A program made the position numbers and the translations under genes. The notes beneath the pieces were generated by a model, which was not told the DNA's origin, did not search any database, and saw nothing but the letters and a program-made list of their open reading frames with translations. Source: Amoebophrya sp. A120 (lineage: Eukaryota > Protista > Dinoflagellata). Taken from it: a stretch of DNA of 64,000 bases. The stretch spans positions 369,914 through 433,913 of the forward strand of contig CAJINV010000011.1 in the NCBI GenBank assembly GCA_905178155.1, given 5' to 3'. Positions 47,501 to 59,500 of this stretch are shown piece by piece (within the stretch, counting starts at the first letter, position 1; each line of letters opens with the position of its first letter).

Positions 47501-50500
47501 TGGCACATGAACTCACATTGTTTCTTCCGGGCTGCTGCACCAGCTGGTGTGGTGGCGCATTGCACCTTCGACAGGTGATCCGCCGAGCCCCGTTCCGAAA
47601 CTGGCAATGGAAGCAGGTCCAAGCCCCAGTTTTCCCCTTGTCCTGGACTCGCTTCACCTCGCGCACCAGCCGGTAGTTTTTCGCCAAGTCGCCAGTGAGA
47701 CCATTTTCCTTGCGACCGACGATGTTCCCATATGCGTCCACGTCGAAATAGCAGAGCACGGTTTTCTTCCGGTTGTGCCGCAACTTGCGATAGGCCTTCT
47801 TGCGGATCTGGTACCAGCGGTGCGCGCGCCGCCACGTCTTTCTTTTCCGGTTTAACTTGCGAAAGCGCCATTTCACTTTCCGGGATCGCCACCGTCGCCA
47901 GCGCTTCATGTTTTTCCCTTGAAAATACCGCGGCCGCAAGAGAATCACCCGGCTCAGGTAGCAGTTGTGCTTCTGTTTAAACGACCGCTTCTTGTTCTTT
48001 CTGCTGATCTTGTGCGCACTGATTTTGTAAAAGCATTTTCGCTTCCACATGCCCGTCCTCCGCCGCATCTTCCACTTCCACGATTTTCGGAAGTACGACG
48101 GATACCCTTTCGGGCCGGCCCCGCGGGGGAGCAGGGCGCGGCGCCAAACCTTTTTTACCGGGGTCTTCCAGCAACGGACCCCGAACGCATTGTTGAGCTT
48201 CCATTCATGCCTTCTTGTCTTATCCATTTTCCATATGACAGTGCACAACTCCCCCTCCCCCTCATTTGTCATGCAAAACCCCCAAATCCACGCGCCTCCC
48301 TGTGGCACTGTTTGCATGACAGATTCCGGAAGCCCAAACAGTACTACACTAGGCGCATGAATTTGTCATGCATAGGCTCCTTGTGTGCTGGTGTTTTTGT
48401 TGCCGTTCATGCTATACAAATGAGGGGGAGGGGAAGTTGTGCGCTGTCGTATTCCACCACCAGTCCGCCTGTCTCCGCCAGATGGGCCGCTTCCGGTACC
48501 ACCCGCGCCTTCGCCCGGCCTTCTTGCACCGCCGCCAGGGGTGAACCATCGGCCTTGGCTATGCATTGCAAAAGCATCGTACTAGTAGAAATCGCATCAC
48601 AAATTCGGTCAGCATGACAAATGGAATTTGTCATGCTGTTATATCTTGGGATGGAGATTTGTAATGCATGACTGCGATTACCACGAGTGCGATACTTTTG
48701 CACAGGATATTGGCTTGTTCCACTTGATCTTCCGTGCCTGGATGGGTCGACTGACCGGCTTATCATTTGGAAAAACGTCCCCACCCCAGAGTTGCCATGC
48801 AAATCTGCATGCTGAAAATATTTCTCATGCGGAGCTCCGTGAGAGGCATTCTCTAGTCGTGTTTCGGAATTTGTCATGCTCCAATCAGCATGATGCGCTA
48901 GATCTGTGATGCTGCTAAACTAGCTAAGCAGGACTCCACTACGAGGCCAAACTTGTCATGCATAACTCCCAAGCCTCGGAGATTTGTGTTGCAAATTTCC
49001 CAACTTGACTATGGTTTGGGGATGTTCTTACCCAGGATACGGCTTCCCGGTTTTCCGGCTCACCACCACCTTTCCCCGCTTGTCCAAACGGCACATTTGC
49101 CCGTTCCGAATCAGCGCCTTCGGCCGGCCGGTCTTCTTGTCTTTCTTAATCTTTCCCGCCATCCGTTCGCGGGTGAAGTGCGCGCGCTTCCCCCGGCCTT
49201 TCCCCTTCATGGTCTTGGTCATCTTGTAGATTCGCCCCTTATGGTCCGCGCGGAACCGGGTTTCCGAAAGTTTCTTGCGCCCCTTCTTGCCGAACATGGG
49301 ATTATTATTCATCTTCCCGCCAAACGCTCTCTTTTTCTTCTTCCTCCGCCTCCGCGGCCTACGGCGCCGCTTGTCGCGATCCTTCTTTTCCGCGCGCTTT
49401 CGCAGCCGCCGCATCCGGTTCCGCACGCGAATGTAGAGAATGCGGGACCGCGCCTGCCGCTTGCAATACAGGGGCCGGACGTCAAAGGGGATCGGAGTTG
49501 TTGCACTGCTATCAAGCGAACCAGGACCATGATTCTCGATCTGCTCGATTGCGAACTCGACCTGTCGTTTCCAGGTTTCTCGCGTGGTCAGCAGCTGGCT
49601 CTCGAGGAGGGACGACAGGTAGCTGTCTGTGTACGACATTTTTGTCCTCGCTACTGGTCGTGCTGGTCGCAATGCCTCTCCACCGAGCAGAAGCTGCTTA
49701 AGAGCATTCATTTCAATATTCCGACTCCTAGCAGCTGCCTTCTCCCAGCAGCGGAAGAACGTTGCGTCTGGTACTTGTGCAGACGAATTTTGGATGCTTG
49801 TTCTGGTGCCCGTTGATGTTGAAGATGCTGTTCCCTTCTGGAACTCGACGCGGTGGTCTTGTTCACGCCGATTATATGGAAGTAGAACCACTTCTCTGTC
49901 AGATCTGGTGCTTCTCTGTCGACTCCGGTCGGTTGTAGTTCCTCCACTTGCGAGGCGCAACATCTCCGAAGTAGAGGACGGCAGGAGCAGCTGGGTCGTG
50001 AGCTTATCAACATGTTTTTGTCGCAAATCTTCACCCTGCGGTCGTAGTTGCAGAAACCGTTTCTTATCCTCATCATCGAACGCAAATCTGCTCCGGGTCG
50101 CGCACACCGCTGGTGGCTTCGCAAACAGGTATTCAGTACACTCGAGATGCGCGTCCGCTAAGGCGGCCGCCTTGTAAGACAAGCCACCCAGCATGTGGTA
50201 TTTCGGGCGATTTTGCTTCAGCACCTCATACACTGGATTCTGAACATGCGGCTTCTTGTCGTCTTCGTTTTCCGGCTGGGTTTCGCCTTCCTGGAGGTAA
50301 TCAAGCTCGTTGTCGCTGTCCACTTTGTCCTCCGAATGCGGCCACCGGCCGTAGATCGGGCGGTTCCGCGCGCCGTGGAGAAACTGCCGCGCCTTCCATT
50401 TGTGGAGGAGGACTTGGTAGTCCGGCCGCAGCTTGTCTGCCTCCGAGACGTTAAGGGGAGGCTCGATGATTTTTTCCCGGCCCTTCACCAGTACGCCGCC

Positions 50501-53500
50501 CGCCCGGTAGGTAAAGTCCCGCTCCTTGGGCTGGTACTTGGGGACAAACTGCGTCGCCTGGTTTCGGTACCGTCCGGCCGCGCAGTCAATTGCTGCCCGC
50601 AGCGTGGAAAAACGGGCTTCGTGTTCCTGATACCGCATCGCGTTGATGTCCAGCTCCGTTTTGATCAGCCAGTAGGGAAAGAAGTAATCACTGCCCGGGA
50701 CCGCCCGCTTCCGCTTTTTGTGGAAGTAGACCGTGACGCCCTGCTTCGCGCCCGGGGCGTACACCGCGTGGCCCGCGGCGATCGGGAGTGCCGGGTAAAA
50801 CAGTTCCTGAAAGTGTTTCTGTTTCCGAGCTTCCTCCCTGAGCAGGTGCTTCTCGGTTTTCACTTTTTTCCACCGCACAAAATCCTGCACAGACAGGGTG
50901 TCTTTGACTCGTGGTTTCGCCACTTCATTATTTTGCTGGATCTTTGATATTTGCGCATCGTTCTTGCACTTCAAGTTCCCTGCGTCCACCTTCGGGTTTT
51001 TACTACTTTGCTGATTTTCGCCGCTTTTGGTGTCCTGGTCTGCGTTCGGAACATTTTTGTTGCCCTGAACGACCTCCTCCTTCTTCTCCCGTTCGCATCC
51101 GCGACACAAACCGCGCAATACACGACGCACCAGGCGTAGTGTACGGTGTTCCATGGCGGAGCTGTGCACCAGTTTCTCCAACAGTTCAATCTTTCGTTGC
51201 CGGTCCGCTTCTACACGTTTTTTCTCGTTGTCTTTATCACGTCGCCTCTGCAGGACGTTAGCCATCATCTCTTTCAGCTCGTCCATACTCTTGCCAGCAA
51301 CTGCTGTTTCATCCACTTTCTTTTCAACATCTTCGCGTGGAAATTCTACTCCATCTTCCACTTCGCGCGCTTTGGTTCTTTCCCGCACCACGGCTAGTGC
51401 CTTGCGTGTAATAATAGCAGTTGCCTTGGCCCGCTTGTAAAGCTGCTCCAGGCAGGGTAGTGGTCGCTTTGGTGGACGACGTTCTGGTTCTACTTTGCGT
51501 ACAGGAGCAGGTGCACTACGAACAACAGCGCCAGCTTTTTTTCCCTTGCCTTTACCCTTGTTCTTTCCTTTGCCCTTGGCTTTCTTGCTCTGCGGCGGCG
51601 CCGACGGAGATGTGGCACTCGTTAATTTTGTCACTGGAGTCCCACTACTGCTTCCAGAAAAGCGTCGCAGCACATCCCAAATGTCCCGGAGCAAAGCATC
51701 CCGCGCCTCGGCACGGAGTTGACGATCAGACCAGTCCATTGACTTGAGCTTCTCTCTGATTTCGCCCTCGGTGAAAGAGTAAAAGGGGACATCATCTTCC
51801 TCGGCATCACAACTTTGTTCACCGCCGTCGTGTTGATTGGCGTAAGAGTTGTTGTACTCTTCTTCGGCTTCCACCCACCAGTTTCTGTAGTTTATCTCCC
51901 ACTTCTGCATGGCTTTGTACTTCCGGTTCATCCTGTCCAAAGCCTTTTGATTCACCGGCGCGACCCGTTCCCTTCTCGGTACCTCGCGCACCACCAAGTG
52001 TCGCTTTTCGTCCTCGGTCGCTCCTAAATTTCCCATTTGGAAGATTTCCGACCACGGAACCGGGTATCCAGGATCTTCAAACTCGTAAGGGTTTTCGTCG
52101 TCATCCCAAAATTTCCAGTTCCGGCTTGAGTTCCGGTCGATGCGCTCCCGCACCGGCGCGCTTCGCAGGTTCCTCTCGCGGATCTTCCGTCCCGCGCGAA
52201 GTCGAATTTGCAGCGTTCTTGCCTCGGCGGCTTCCCTTTTCGCTTTCTCTTCCGCGGCGGCTCGGGCTTTTGCCTCTGCCAGTTCTTTGGCTGTTGGTGG
52301 AGGGGGCGTCTTTCTAGCATTTTTCTGGTCTTTCTTGCCCTCAGGTGAAGATGCTGCTGCTTGCGGTTTTATTTGCAGCGCTGCCGTGCTGCTATTCTGA
52401 TCCTTGTTTTTACTTGCTGCTTCGTCTACTCCAGCTGGTTGGGTGGAAGTACTGTCGTGGCATTGCTCATGATGTTCATCTGCAATACTCGCTTCTTCGA
52501 GAACATCCTCTTGCCCCTGCTTTTCATCGACTTGTTCCACGGCTGGCTCAGTATCTTGGTCTTCATGTTCTGCTGACGAGAATTTCTGAGCGCAAATTCC
52601 TTCTTCCCCCAGGTTTGGCTTATTTTCGCTAGCTGGTGCGTCGGGGGAATGGGGAGGACCTTCGAGGTGCTCAGTGTCGGGAACAGATCCAGATGAACAT
52701 GAAACGAGGTTTGGCGATGATGATGGTGCAGGACGAGGAGCTCCTTTGGAACTAGATGAGCTTTGTTCACAATGATCCAGTTCTTCTTCATGATCTGCGA
52801 GACTTTCTCGAGTCGACGGTTCTTGTGTCGCGCCCGACACGCAAGAAGCAACCGGACTGGCCGATGGAGTCGACGGGGATAGTGTCGATGCAGCCGTGGA
52901 TGGCTCTTCAGGAGCGGGCGGCATTACTACACGCGGGAGAACACTCTTCTGCTCCTTGTTCCGTGCCCGTTGCACTTGCGGGTCCTCCGGCAGCAGCAGA
53001 TCCAGCGCAATATTGCAGTTCTTGGCCAACGCATGTCCATTTTTCATCTCTCGCTCCGCAGCATACTTCTTGCCGTATTCGCCGTGGAAGACGCGATGCT
53101 CCTCCGCGAAGTGGTGGAGGTAAACGTCCTTGGCGTCCTTGTAGACCCGGCCGAGATTCGAATGCGAAAACTGAAAGGTCTCCGGCAGCGGCTTCTGCGC
53201 CGCCCTCTGTATAACCCGCTCAGGTGTTACAGTCTCAAACGTTACAATAGAATCTGGAATTTGTGTTGCAAAATGCGCAACATCTGGCCTACTCCCACAG
53301 GAGCGCGCATGACAAGTTTCGGAGCTCCAATTAAACCCCATGAGAATCTGACGAAATTTGTATTGTGAAAAGCCCAAGTCTCTGTATGGTACTCATGCTG
53401 TTCATGCAAGACATATTCCAGACTCTATTGTAACGTTTGAGATTGTAACATCTGAGCAAGCCATACTCTGCAGGACCTTCTTCTCGAACGACGCGCGCTC

Positions 53501-56500
53501 TTCCGGTACCGTCCGCTTCGAAGCCTCCACTTGAAGTCGCTCCCGCTCCTCCGCGGCTCGCTTTTCGCGGAGCTTCCAAATGAACCTGCAATTTTTTTGG
53601 GCCGTGATGTCTGAGTCCGGCATGACAAAATTATGTTGATCCGCCGTCCTCATGCCATTTATGGTTCTCGCAATGCATAACACCTCCTCGAGAGCCGGAG
53701 TTGGTGACCTCCGAGGGGCGACCGTCCCCGGCCAAGAAGGTTTCTGACGAGGAAACGGGCAGTTGGGAAACCGTCCCGGCGGGGCCAGGACGGTTTTTTC
53801 CGGGAGGGGCGCTGGAAAAAACCGTCCCGGGGCCAGGACGGTTTTTTCCGGGAGGGGCGCTGGAAAAAACCGTCCCGGGGCCAGGACGGTTAGTTTTTTC
53901 CGGGAGGGGCGCTGAAAAAAAACCGTCCCGGGGCCAGGACGGTTTTTTCCGGGAGGGGCGCTGGAAAAAACCGTCCCGGGGCCAGGACGGTTTTTTCCGG
54001 GAGGGGCGCTGGAAAAAACCGTCCCGGGGCCAGGACGGTTAGTTTTTTCCGGGAGGGGCGCTGAAAAAAAACCGTCCCGGGGCCAGGACGGTTTTTTCCA
54101 GGAGGGGCGCTGGAAAAAACCGTCCCGGGGCCAGGACGGTTTTTTCCGGGAGGGGCGCTGAAAAAAAACCGTCCCGGGGCCAGGACGGTTTTTTCTGGGA
54201 GGGGCGCTGGAAAAAACCGTCCCGGGGCCAGGACGGTTTTTTTCGCGACACTACGTAACTAAGCTACCTCCGCGGAGGTCGGGCAGCTCCGTGGAGGTCG
54301 GGCAGCTCCGCGGAGGTCAGCTACCTCCGCGGAGATAAGAAAGCAACCTCCGCGGAGGTCGGGCAGCTCCGCGGAGGTCGGGCAGCTCCGCGGAGGCAAG
54401 CAACCTCCGCGGAGGTCGGGCAGCTCCGCGCAGGCAAGCAACCTCCGCGGAGGTCGGGGAGCTCCGCGCAGGCCAGCTACCTCCGCGGAGGTCTGCTACC
54501 TCCGCGGAGATCATTCAGCTACCTCCGCGGAGGTCAGCAACCTCCGCGGAGGTTGGTCGGGCAGCTCCGCGGAGGTCAGCAACCTCCGCGGAGGTCGGGC
54601 AGCTCCGCGGAGGTCAGCTACCTCCGCGGAGGCCGGGCAGCTCCGCGGAGGTCAGCAAGCTACCTCCGCGGGGGTCGGGCAGCTCCGCGGGGGTCGGGCA
54701 GCTCCGCGGAGGTCAGCTCCGCGGAGGTAAGCAACCTCCGCGGAGGTCGGGCAGCTCCGAGGAGGTCAGCTACCTCCGCGGAGGTCGGGCAGCTCCGCGG
54801 AGGTCAGCTATCTCCGCGCAGGTCAGCTACCTCCGCGGAGGTCGGGCAGCTCCGCGGAGGTCGGGCAGCTCCGCGGAGGTCTGCTACCTCCGCGGAGGTC
54901 AGCTACCTCCGCGGAGGTCTGCTACCTCCGCGGAGGTCGGGAAGCTCCGCGGAGGTCAGCTACCTCCGCGGACACAAACAGAACCGGGGGGGGACCTCCC
55001 CCTAAGTTTGGATCTTGCGGGCACAAACCGAATCGGGGGGGAGTCCCCCCCAAGTTCGGATCTGACCTCCTAGGTCGCTGACCTCCTTGTTGGTGAGCAG
55101 AGTGGTGCCCGAAACTCAATAGCGAACTCAAAAAAAGGACTACGAATCAGAGGAAATTCAATAGGTACCTCGGAAGCCCTTTTTGGTAGACCTGGCGCTG
55201 GTTCCGCTGCTCTTTCACGTGACGACTCCCGTGGTGATAGACCGTTCGCACGACGACGTCGAACGGCGAACCCGGAGGGACGACTGGAGTCATGGCAAGC
55301 GCTGCGGCCTCGACGCGGCCTCGCTGCGATTTATTTCGACCGGGCTCAACGCTACGGCTACAACCGGATGTAGTTGTTTCGGTCTCCTTACTTTTCATCG
55401 TACTATCCGTTTGCAGAAGACAGCTTCCGTTTTTGAACAGCCCGTGAAAGTCCTCCTTGAATTTGTCGTGCAGCCGGTCTTTCACCCGCTGCGAGCTCAG
55501 GACGGACACCTGATGCTTGGAAACCCCCTCGGACAGAAACACCGGGAGCAGGTCCTCGCCCGGAAGCTGGTTGGGGATGTTCTCCTTCGGCTCCCACGGC
55601 GTTCGCCAGTCATCCGGCTCGTAGCAGACGTCGGGGTCGAGCACCTCTCGGATCGTGATCGTTTTGGCGATTTCCTCCTGGTTCTCGGTGTTGAACCGCG
55701 TTTCATTGAATTTGTGTAGTTTCACTGCGGTACGCATCAGGTGGATGTGTTTCCGGCCCACCCGTTTCAAATTCGGGTTCCGGCAGAGCCGCTTGATCTT
55801 TGCCACCTTCTCCTGCCGCCACTTCTCGATGTAGTAGTGCCGGTACGCAAGTAGGTTGGTTTTCTCCTCATCTGTCTTTTTTTTCCCCTCCTTCCCGTAT
55901 ACGTGTTTTTGAATCCAGGCCTCGAGTTTTGCTGCCTTCTCTTCGAATTCCCGGCAAATCGCCAGTCGCCGCCCGCGGTGCTTCTCGCGCCAATACTTCG
56001 CGGTGCTTTTCAGGGTGGTCAGCCGGTTGCGCCACTCCAGCTCCCGCTGGGCGCGCTGCCGCTTCTCCAGCCAGGAGTCGTCTTCGACAACGATATCATT
56101 CCACGCGTTGAACAGTTGGTCGGCCCCAACCTGCAGCGCACTCTGGAAACCGGTCAGGTCGAGGAACCTAGAGATGAGCAGACCACCACGACCTCCTCCA
56201 CCCGAGTTGTTTTGAAGAAGAAGGGTGCTGGCGAGTTGAGTCAGCTGCATTGAACGCGGTCGATCCTTGTGGTTCGTCGCCGAAGTAGAAGTAGATGCGA
56301 GTTCTGCTTTGGAGAACAGTTTTTCCTGCACTGCTCTCTTGTCCAGAATGTCCTGCATCTCCTTGATTGCCGGATCCAGCTTGTTGGACCGCTGTTTTCC
56401 CGCTTTCCGCACCTCTTTGCACGGCACCAGATCCTTGTTCCGGTGAACCGCGTCCAATCGCGCGTGATAATTCGTCCCTTCGTTCCATTCCAGAATGGCT

Positions 56501-59500
56501 TTCTCGATGTTCCGCTCCTGCAGGAAGACTGCGTCGGCGATCAACGGTGGCAGATTCTGCCGTACCGCGTTGACACCACCAAACGCGAGCAGAACTCCGT
56601 CCGTGAAGTTGGACTCCCGCGCAGCCCAGCAGAAATCGGATTTCGTCGCGGGTTTTTTCCAGCCTCGCTTTAAAGACACTTCCACCGGCGAGGTACACGC
56701 GGCCAGTACCATGGTTTCGATTTCCGGCGTCCAGAATTGCTGGAATTGAATCCTCGGGCCGCACAAAAGCATGTCGGAGTGGCCGCAGGAAAGGCCCTGG
56801 AAGCCGTGGCGGGACGAGAGTAAAACCCGATCGGTCACCAAGTCCGAGATCGCAACCTTGATGTGGGACTCCAGACTGGTGGTGTCGGTGTCCTTCGTTT
56901 TGAATTCCGCAGTATCCTGATTTTTGTACCAGAACTTGCGCAAAATGCACAGGCTGGACATCTCCGACATGCTCAAGTTCACGTCCCGTGTGAGCTCCGA
57001 GTGCGCGCGCAGAAACTTGACATCCCGAACCCGATCATTGTCGTCGTTCCGGGAGAGGAGGGCAGCCCGGTCTAGACTCTCCTTCTCGAACGGCACAGGA
57101 ACAAATAACCGCCAGGGGTGCCGCGGCAGCTTGTAGCCGGTGCGGTTCTGGTTGTACAGTTTCGCCTGTCGGGCTTCCGCGGCCATGTATTTTCGAACTA
57201 ACGCTTTCGAAACATCTGGCAGTTGTTCATTTTCATGTGGAGAAACACCCACGGCATGATCCAATTTCCTCCGGATGAACCGCTGCGCGTCTAAGAATTG
57301 GCTGTGCAAGAACGACGTCGCGGCGCTGACACCGCTTTTAGAAGAAGTACAACTTGGTTCAGACAATTTATTCGATGAATAACTTACGTTTTCCTCCACG
57401 AAACTCCCGATCCCCAACTTTACTCCATGCGGGCAAAAGGCCAGTCCTTCTCGCTTTTGCAGTTCGCTGAGGAGGGCGACTACCATCCTGCGCTGCTGGC
57501 GCGCATTCTTCGGCAGGTAGAGGTTTGTGATAGAAGAAGTACTATCACTGTAGTTCAATGTCGCTGGAGATGATGCGGGAGAAGTTTTTCCAAATTCCGC
57601 TCGACGGTACAACTCCTCCATGGACAGCAGCGAGTATGGTATTTTCTTGTCCACATGATTTATCATTTCCCCTTCATCTTCACCGCCAACATCTAAAAGT
57701 CGCTTCCGCCGGACCGCTTTCCAGAAAGCAGCATCTGCGGGTTGCGGGACCCACAAACCACTTCTGTGCAAGAACTTATCGCGCAGCGCTGTCGAACCTG
57801 CAGTACTAGCTGGATTGACGGTCGTCTCCAACTGCAGAGGCACACACGCGTCGCTCAGCTTTGCCCAGGGAAGAGGATCTTCTTCTTCGGGTTGTTCATC
57901 ACAATGTTCGCTGGATGAGTCATGCTCTTCCTCATCGAATCGTAAGCCCATTTGGTCCATTTTTTGTTTGTGCCGCAGATTGTGCCCCGCCCAAAAGATT
58001 CGTTTGTCATCCGCGCGTACAAAAAACGTTTTTTGTCGAGCTGCAAGTAGATTCCTTTCGTCCTCCTTATTTGCTCTTTTCTGCATAGAAAAATCGTGTT
58101 TCTGCTCAACCAGAGCGTAGGTAGAGGCTTTCGCAAACCGCAGGTGGCTCCGACGGCTCAGGGCGTAGCCGAGGGCGAGAGGAGGAATCGCACTGGTGGA
58201 GGTCGTGGGCAACATTATCTTTGTGTTTTTGCCCTCTTTGCTCTTGCGCCGCCGGCGTTGTAGACCGCGAAAGAACCTGGTTTTTGTACTACCGCCGCCC
58301 ATTTTACTGAGTACAAAAGCGGGATTGGCGAAACAGCGCAAGCGCTTTCTCCTGGGCTTTGTGGGGTCGCTCGAGTCGTCCTCCCCGTCGGTGTCTTCAT
58401 TTCCATTTCCACCCGCTTTGCTGCTGCTGCACAAAGTACCCGATGCCTTGCCACTCGTTCTTCCACTCCTCCTCTGAAAGTACTCTGCCACCCCCAACCG
58501 ACCGGGGCGGTAGTGGCGGCGAAGCGCCCCTGTAGACTTGCGCTGCTGCATGACCAGTGTTTTGTTGTTCTCTTGGTTTGCTGAAGTAGCGGCAGCTTTA
58601 CTGGCCGCACTACCCGCCTTGCCCGCTCCCTTATGCGGTCCTTGTTTACTGTAGTTCAGCGACGCACCAAATGAAGACGCAGTTTTATTGTAAAAATTCC
58701 AGCCGCCCTTGCCGAAGGCCGTTTTTCCGCCTCTGCCTACGCCCTTCCATGCTGGTGAAGGTGCAGCGGATTGATTTAGCAAAGTCGTGTCCTCTTCCTC
58801 CTCATCGTCGTAGCGCCGCACAACATCGGTCGGGTTGCTTCCAAAAAGTCTCGGATACGGGTAAGAGTCGTCTCGCGGATGCCAGGTCAAGTCCCGCTCC
58901 AGGGCCTTATCGACTTCGTTCGGAAGGTTTTGTGTGATTTCAAACTTCCGAAACTTTCGCCATCCGAGCTCCTGCTCGAGCTGCAGGCGAATTCTGTTCT
59001 TCGCTCTCTTCGGCATCTTGTGCACAAAAGTCTTCAGCATGACGACCTGCTTCTTCATGCTGCGGCTCTGGAGGAGGTGTGTCACACGAGGCCAGAGAGG
59101 ATTTGCAGTCTTGTTGATAGTACCTTTACTGTCAAACATTTCTTCAAAAACGCCAGGAAAATAACCGCGCTCCTTCTTGTTTTTCTTTTTCTTCTTCTTC
59201 CCTCCACCCCCGCGTCTGTTCCGCTTCTTCTGCATGCTGGGGGAAATGTCGACCCGGTTCTTCTCAGTGTCCGCGTACTGGGCTTGATGTTTGTGCAACC
59301 AGAGTTCTTTTCTCACACCACGCGTCGCCCGAAGCACTTTTGTCGAAATCTTGCCAAACCCCGGGGGCCGGATCTTGTTGTTGTTTTTGTTGCCTCCACG
59401 CATAGAAATTCGTTCTTCTACGCGGTTGTGGTCCTTCAATTCTTGAATCGTTTTCGTTCCAGAAGGCACGACCGACTTCGCGGTACTCTTATTCGCCACC

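Larger units (their letters stand above)
53744..55168 (-). other. Predicted 1.4-kb GT-AG intron filled with two satellites
   Basis: CCG AG|GTACCT...TTTCCTCGTCAG|A AAC gives QKGLPRNLLGRGR in frame. Confidence 0.65.

Noticed and set aside
53768-54972. Palindromic repeats as CRISPR, or ORFs 53701-54042 and 54553-55005 as repeat proteins
   Set aside because: No unique spacers; unit lengths vary and break frame; the region fits inside one GT-AG intron.
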